DNA of 64,000 nt. Origin: Azolla caroliniana (Eukaryota; Plantae; Polypodiophyta). Shown here piece by piece: positions 62,841 to 64,000 of this stretch. The stretch covers positions 6,944,001 to 7,008,000 of the forward strand of contig JBHGNT010000018.1 in NCBI GenBank assembly GCA_043228905.1, given 5' to 3'. The notes beneath the pieces were generated by a model. That model was not told the DNA's origin. It searched no databases and saw nothing but the letters and a program-made list of their open reading frames with translations. Both the position numbers and the translations under genes were made by a program. The number at the start of each line of letters is the position of its first letter. Positions within the stretch are counted from its first letter, which is position 1.

Positions 62841-64000
62841 TGTCGAGGTATTCCTCGCGGATGCGTGGAATGAGGCGGGACCTCAGGGGTCTTGTACCGA
62901 AGAGCAAGAGAGAAAGGAGAAGGGAGGGGACCCACTACGTGCGAGCGTAGATTCACAGGGACACGGCCCTTCGACACAAAGACGCGAGTGGGACACCGAC
63001 ACAGAGAGACACAAATGTATGTAAATATATATATTAACAAAACAAACAACAAGAAGCACGAAGTCGGTTACAACCGAACAGGCCGGCGAACAGATGCCGA
63101 TGCCTGTTCGTAAACGCACAGAAAGAAAGGAGTAGATTGGAGGTGCTGCCGGAAGCACTCGGGCATTCCTCAGAGCAGCGCGAGCCTCCCGAAAACCTGC
63201 ACAGAAAGAAGCTGCCGAGTATGGAAGAGAGAGAAGCCTTCGATCGACAACCCGACAACACTTCGTCCCCTCTCTAAAACGCGATCCTCTCCCCCTTCTC
63301 GTCTCCCTCCTTTTATAGGCAAGGAAGGAGCCGTTTCCCCTTTACTTCCTACCCACTAAATCTACCTACCTAGGATCTCCTATGTACCTAATTCTCCCTT
63401 ATGTACAATATAAGGCGTACGGGCATGAAGAGCTGGTTCCTACGCTCCGGTGCACCGATTCCGCTTGTGGACGGTTTTCTTCACGACATCCGCCCCCACC
63501 TAACCGCGCATCCTCCGACATGCGCCAAATTGAGTCGGGACGGAGAAAACCGGTCCAGCCTTCATTCCCCGTCCGTCGGTTCTTCCTCGGTTTCGGATCG
63601 TTCGTCGTCGCAGTCCAGGTTAACCGGATCCGGCTCGTCGTCGTGACGCTTCTTGAACGCTTTGATCCGCTTCCCAGCTACCGGTATCGCCATTCTCGTA
63701 CCGTCGAGTTCCTCCAGATGGTACGTCCCGTTGTCGTTGGCGCTTTGTACCACGTAAGGCCCGAACCACCTTCTTGCGAACTTTCGTGTCGCTCGGTGCT
63801 GGTTGTCGAGGCTGTTGTCGTAGACTAGCACCTAGTCACCTTCCTCGATCTTCTTCGGTCGGAGCCGGTGCGTCCGGTCAAACCGGGCTTTGTTCTTCGT
63901 CCTTGCCACCCGAAGCTTTTCCGCAGCCTGCTCCACGTCCTCCGGTCTTTGCTCGAGCTGCCGTATGCGTGCCGTCAACAGTTCCTCCCGGCTCATCTCG
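62841..64000 (-). mobile_element. 3' end of a Ty3/gypsy element (3' LTR, PPT, integrase C-terminus), continues beyond window
   Basis: LTR 62841-63488 (TGTCGAGG...TCACGACA); minus-strand PPT AGGTGGGGGCGGA at 63489-63501; integrase tail KFARRWFGPYVV..NGTYHLEELDG (GPY/F motif), no chromodomain. Confidence 0.85.

Overview
Plant nuclear DNA, probably from a non-seed plant (inferred from the retroelement types, not established). It is dominated by transposons. (1) 1-~20200 is a five-layer nest, with target-site duplications (TSDs) confirming every inserted layer: copia Z > copia A > a non-autonomous hAT element > rearranged copia C > a young, intact Ty1/copia D (single 1359-aa gag-pol ORF, near-identical LTRs). 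Copia B, which carries a solo LTR, sits in the same A LTR. (2) ~20200-55500 is AT-rich host DNA. It holds an intronless AP2/ERF (DREB-type) gene (25003-26118 +), a five-coding-exon CCCH zinc-finger gene (41356-44374 -), hAT MITEs, several 5'-truncated LINE ends, a tRNA-derived SINE and simple repeats. (3) 55600-64000 is a second nest of degenerate Ty3/gypsy and Ty1/copia elements. The most notable oddities are a perfect 50-bp fold-back hairpin of copia pol sequence, an apparent gag-swap chimera between copia families, strong CCGG enrichment with a variable LTR tandem array in the D family, and a CCCH gene lacking the usual fifth finger. No unambiguous new multi-gene system was found.
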